Origin: Alphaproteobacteria bacterium | GTDB taxonomy: Bacteria > Pseudomonadota > Alphaproteobacteria > UBA828 | Length of the DNA stretch: 64,000 bases | Assembly: GCA_963422645.2 (NCBI GenBank) | Contig: CAXXVO010000007.1 | Location: 128,001-192,000, forward strand | Reading direction: 5' to 3' | In this document: piece by piece, positions 61,925 through 64,000 of the stretch | Numbering within the stretch: the first letter of the stretch is position 1 | Layout of the letters: every line of letters begins with the position of its first letter | Notes under the pieces: model-generated | Seen by the model: only the letters and a program-made list of their open reading frames with translations | Databases searched by the model: none | What the model was told of the DNA's origin: nothing | Translations under genes and position numbers: made by a program

Positions 61925-62485
61925 CTACTCGTCCTCTTCATCAGGCACGAACAGGCCTTGCACGCGCGTGCTGCCGCCGGAAACCCGGCTGACCCCGGAC
62001 TCCAGGTCCATCGTCAGCGTTTCGCCCTGGATGATGTTGTTGCCTTGACTCAGGATCACGCCGCCGGCCAGGTCGATGCGAGCGCCTTCGACGTCGTAGG
62101 TACCGCGCTGCCCCTGCGCCGTCTCATCCGGCGAGGAGATGACGACATTGCCCTCGGCGTCAATGCGCGAGACGCCCAGGTTGCCTTGGGCGTCCTCACC
62201 CTCTTGGTAGTAGACGGTGAGCATGTCCGCGTTCAGCACCAGCTCGCCCTGAACCGCGTTAACGCTCCCTTCGAAGACTGCGACGTTCTCCGACTGGCGC
62301 ACTTCGAGCGTGTCTGCGGTGATCTCGATCGCCTGGCTCGCGTTGCCGGCCGTGACGCCTTCGTCGTCCGCATCCTGTGCGGTGCCGGCTCCAGCCAGCG
62401 TGAGCGCTGCCACGAGCGCGGGCGCGATCAGACCCAGCCGCCGAAAGCGCCGCGCCTGTTCGGGTCGGCTAGCCTTGGTTCTCAT
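61925..62485 (-). CDS. lptA: LPS transport periplasmic protein
   Basis: Signal peptide; IEITAD.LEV, AVFEGSV.AVQG, RVQGLF; located between lptC and lptB. Confidence 0.88.
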   Translation of the reverse strand: MRTKASRPEQARRFRRLGLIAPALVAALTLAGAGTAQDADDEGVTAGNASQAIEITADTLEVRQSENVAVFEGSVNAVQGELVLNADMLTVYYQEGEDAQGNLGVSRIDAEGNVVISSPDETAQGQRGTYDVEGARIDLAGGVILSQGNNIIQGETLTMDLESGVSRVSGGSTRVQGLFVPDEEDE

Positions 62486-63200
62486 CGCCTTGCCTCCCCA
62501 TAGCGTCATTTTCTCCTCCCAGCGCATGCGGGAACAGGGTCATCCGCACCCGGCCGCCGAAGGTCATGATCTCTCCCCGATCGAGGAGTGCGAAATTGCC
62601 AGCGTCGAGCAGCCCGTGCGGGCCCTTGCCGCTCACCGGCTCGTCGCCTCTTGCGATTCCCGCCGGCAGGTCGATATGGGCCTTCGAGGTCCGGAACTCG
62701 TGACCCGCGTCGGAGCGGACCGTCACATCGCCGGAGAGGTCGAGCTGCTCGGCGTCGCGCTGGTAGAGACCCTCGTTCGCCGTCAACGCCATCATGCTGC
62801 TGCGCGCTTGATCGCCGTAGATATCGGCTTCGATCCCGTTGAGATGCACGATGGGTGAGTCGCTCTCCGACTGGAACGCCTCCGCCCCCCTCACGGCGAA
62901 GGGCCGGTTCTTCGCGTCGGTTCCCTGATAGCTGGCATTGATCATTGTCAATCTGCCGTCGACGTCCGGGTCCTCGATCAGCGGGACGTGGATGCCCTCC
63001 TGCCCACCGCTCACGAGCGGCCATGCCACGACGAGGCCGAGCAGGGCAGCCGCCATCGTCGGCAGCAGATAGCGCATGAGGCCGACAAAGCCGCTGTAGC
63101 GGCCGGGGCGGCCGACGCTGCCGCCACCGTCCGCGCGGTAGTGCCGGAGCCGGCCCGCCGGGGCGGCCCCCCCCGGTGCTTTGCCCGTCCCTGTGTTCAT
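62469..63200 (-). CDS. lptC: LPS export periplasmic protein
   Basis: YSGFV..MRYLLP TM segment, beta-jellyroll-type repeats, F.GRVRM; synteny. Confidence 0.85.
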   Translation of the reverse strand: MNTGTGKAPGGAAPAGRLRHYRADGGGSVGRPGRYSGFVGLMRYLLPTMAAALLGLVVAWPLVSGGQEGIHVPLIEDPDVDGRLTMINASYQGTDAKNRPFAVRGAEAFQSESDSPIVHLNGIEADIYGDQARSSMMALTANEGLYQRDAEQLDLSGDVTVRSDAGHEFRTSKAHIDLPAGIARGDEPVSGKGPHGLLDAGNFALLDRGEIMTFGGRVRMTLFPHALGGENDAMGRQGDENQG

Positions 63201-64000
63201 GCCAGGCCTGCTCGCAGGCAATCGTGGATGTGCACGACGCCCACGGGTTGTCTCGCCTCGATCACGAAGAGGCTGGTGATCTGGTGCTCGTTCATGAGGT
63301 GCACGGCCTCCGCGCCGAGCGCTCCGGCATGAACTGTCACCGGATCTCTCGTCATGATGTCGGAGACCGGCCGTTGCAGCAGGCCGGCCTCCATGTGACG
63401 TCTGAGGTCGCCGTCGGTCACGATGCCGGCCAGCGCGCCCTGCGGGTCGGTCGCACCGACGCAGCCGAGGCGCTTCGCCGTCATCACGATCAGGGCCTCT
63501 GCCATCAAGGCATCGGTGGAGACGAGCGGCAGGTCTTCGCCCGCATGCATGATGTCGGCGACCCGGACCAGCCGGCGGCCGAGCTTGCCGCCGGGATGGT
63601 AGAGCTCGAAGTCCTCGGCCGTAAGCCCCTTGCGCTCCAGCAGGGCGACCGCAAGCGCATCGCCCAGTGCCAGCATCATGATGGTGGACGTCGTCGGCGC
63701 CAGGCCGAGGGTGCCGGCCTCCGGCTCGTCGGGCAGTACCAGCGCGACGGTGGCGGCGTCAGCCAGCGTGCTCGGCGCCCGCCCCACGACGGCGACGAGC
63801 GGAATGCTGAATCGCGTGGCGTAATTCACCAGGTCAGCGAGTTCCGGCGTCTCGCCCGAATTCGAGAGCATCAGCAGCGTGTCTGCCCCTGTAATCATGC
63901 CGAGATCGCCGTGGCTCGCCTCTGCCGGGTGAACGAAGAGAGCCGGCGCCCCGGTCGAGGCGAAGGTTGCCGCAATCTTGTTGGCGATATGGCCGCTCTT
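63197..64000 (-). CDS. kdsD: Arabinose-5-phosphate isomerase KpsF/GutQ (partial; starts beyond the window)
   Basis: KSGHIA, HPAEASHGDLGMI, SNSGET, APTTST, HPGGKLG, two CBS domains. Confidence 0.93.
   Translation of the reverse strand, partial: KSGHIANKIAATFASTGAPALFVHPAEASHGDLGMITGADTLLMLSNSGETPELADLVNYATRFSIPLVAVVGRAPSTLADAATVALVLPDEPEAGTLGLAPTTSTIMMLALGDALAVALLERKGLTAEDFELYHPGGKLGRRLVRVADIMHAGEDLPLVSTDALMAEALIVMTAKRLGCVGATDPQGALAGIVTDGDLRRHMEAGLLQRPVSDIMTRDPVTVHAGALGAEAVHLMNEHQITSLFVIEARQPVGVVHIHDCLRAGLA

Overview
High-GC window, probably from an alphaproteobacterium (inferred from gene content and a REP-like repeat). Housekeeping and metabolic genes sit at both ends: RNase G, Ca/Na antiporter, tRNA-Phe, acyl-CoA synthetase, RidA, amidase and MaoC on the left; nrdJ, DUF2125, SDR, dusA, hydantoinase A/B and lptB-lptA-lptC-kdsD on the right. 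Between them, about 44 kb (7.4-51.6 kb) of mobile DNA surrounds a sarcosine oxidase / hydantoinase / ABC-transporter catabolic block. Four structures stand out. (1) A five-gene DDE transposon-like unit that also encodes a RecA-type helicase and a TOPRIM primase, with an iteron-like palindrome between them. (2) A 6.9-kb TGT...ACA element with a 5-bp target duplication and Mu/Tn7-like end repeats; it splits a universal stress protein gene and carries phage tail genes plus a QueC-like gene. (3) A head-to-tail IS110 dimer with a candidate bridge RNA of about 180 nt. (4) An unclassified 2.5-kb IS inserted into its own 3' end, leaving three 75-bp tails; it appears to need a target A to complete its stop codon and lands in a probable NrdR box. 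Several isolated frameshifts may be sequencing errors. All family calls come from motif recognition by eye, not database searches.
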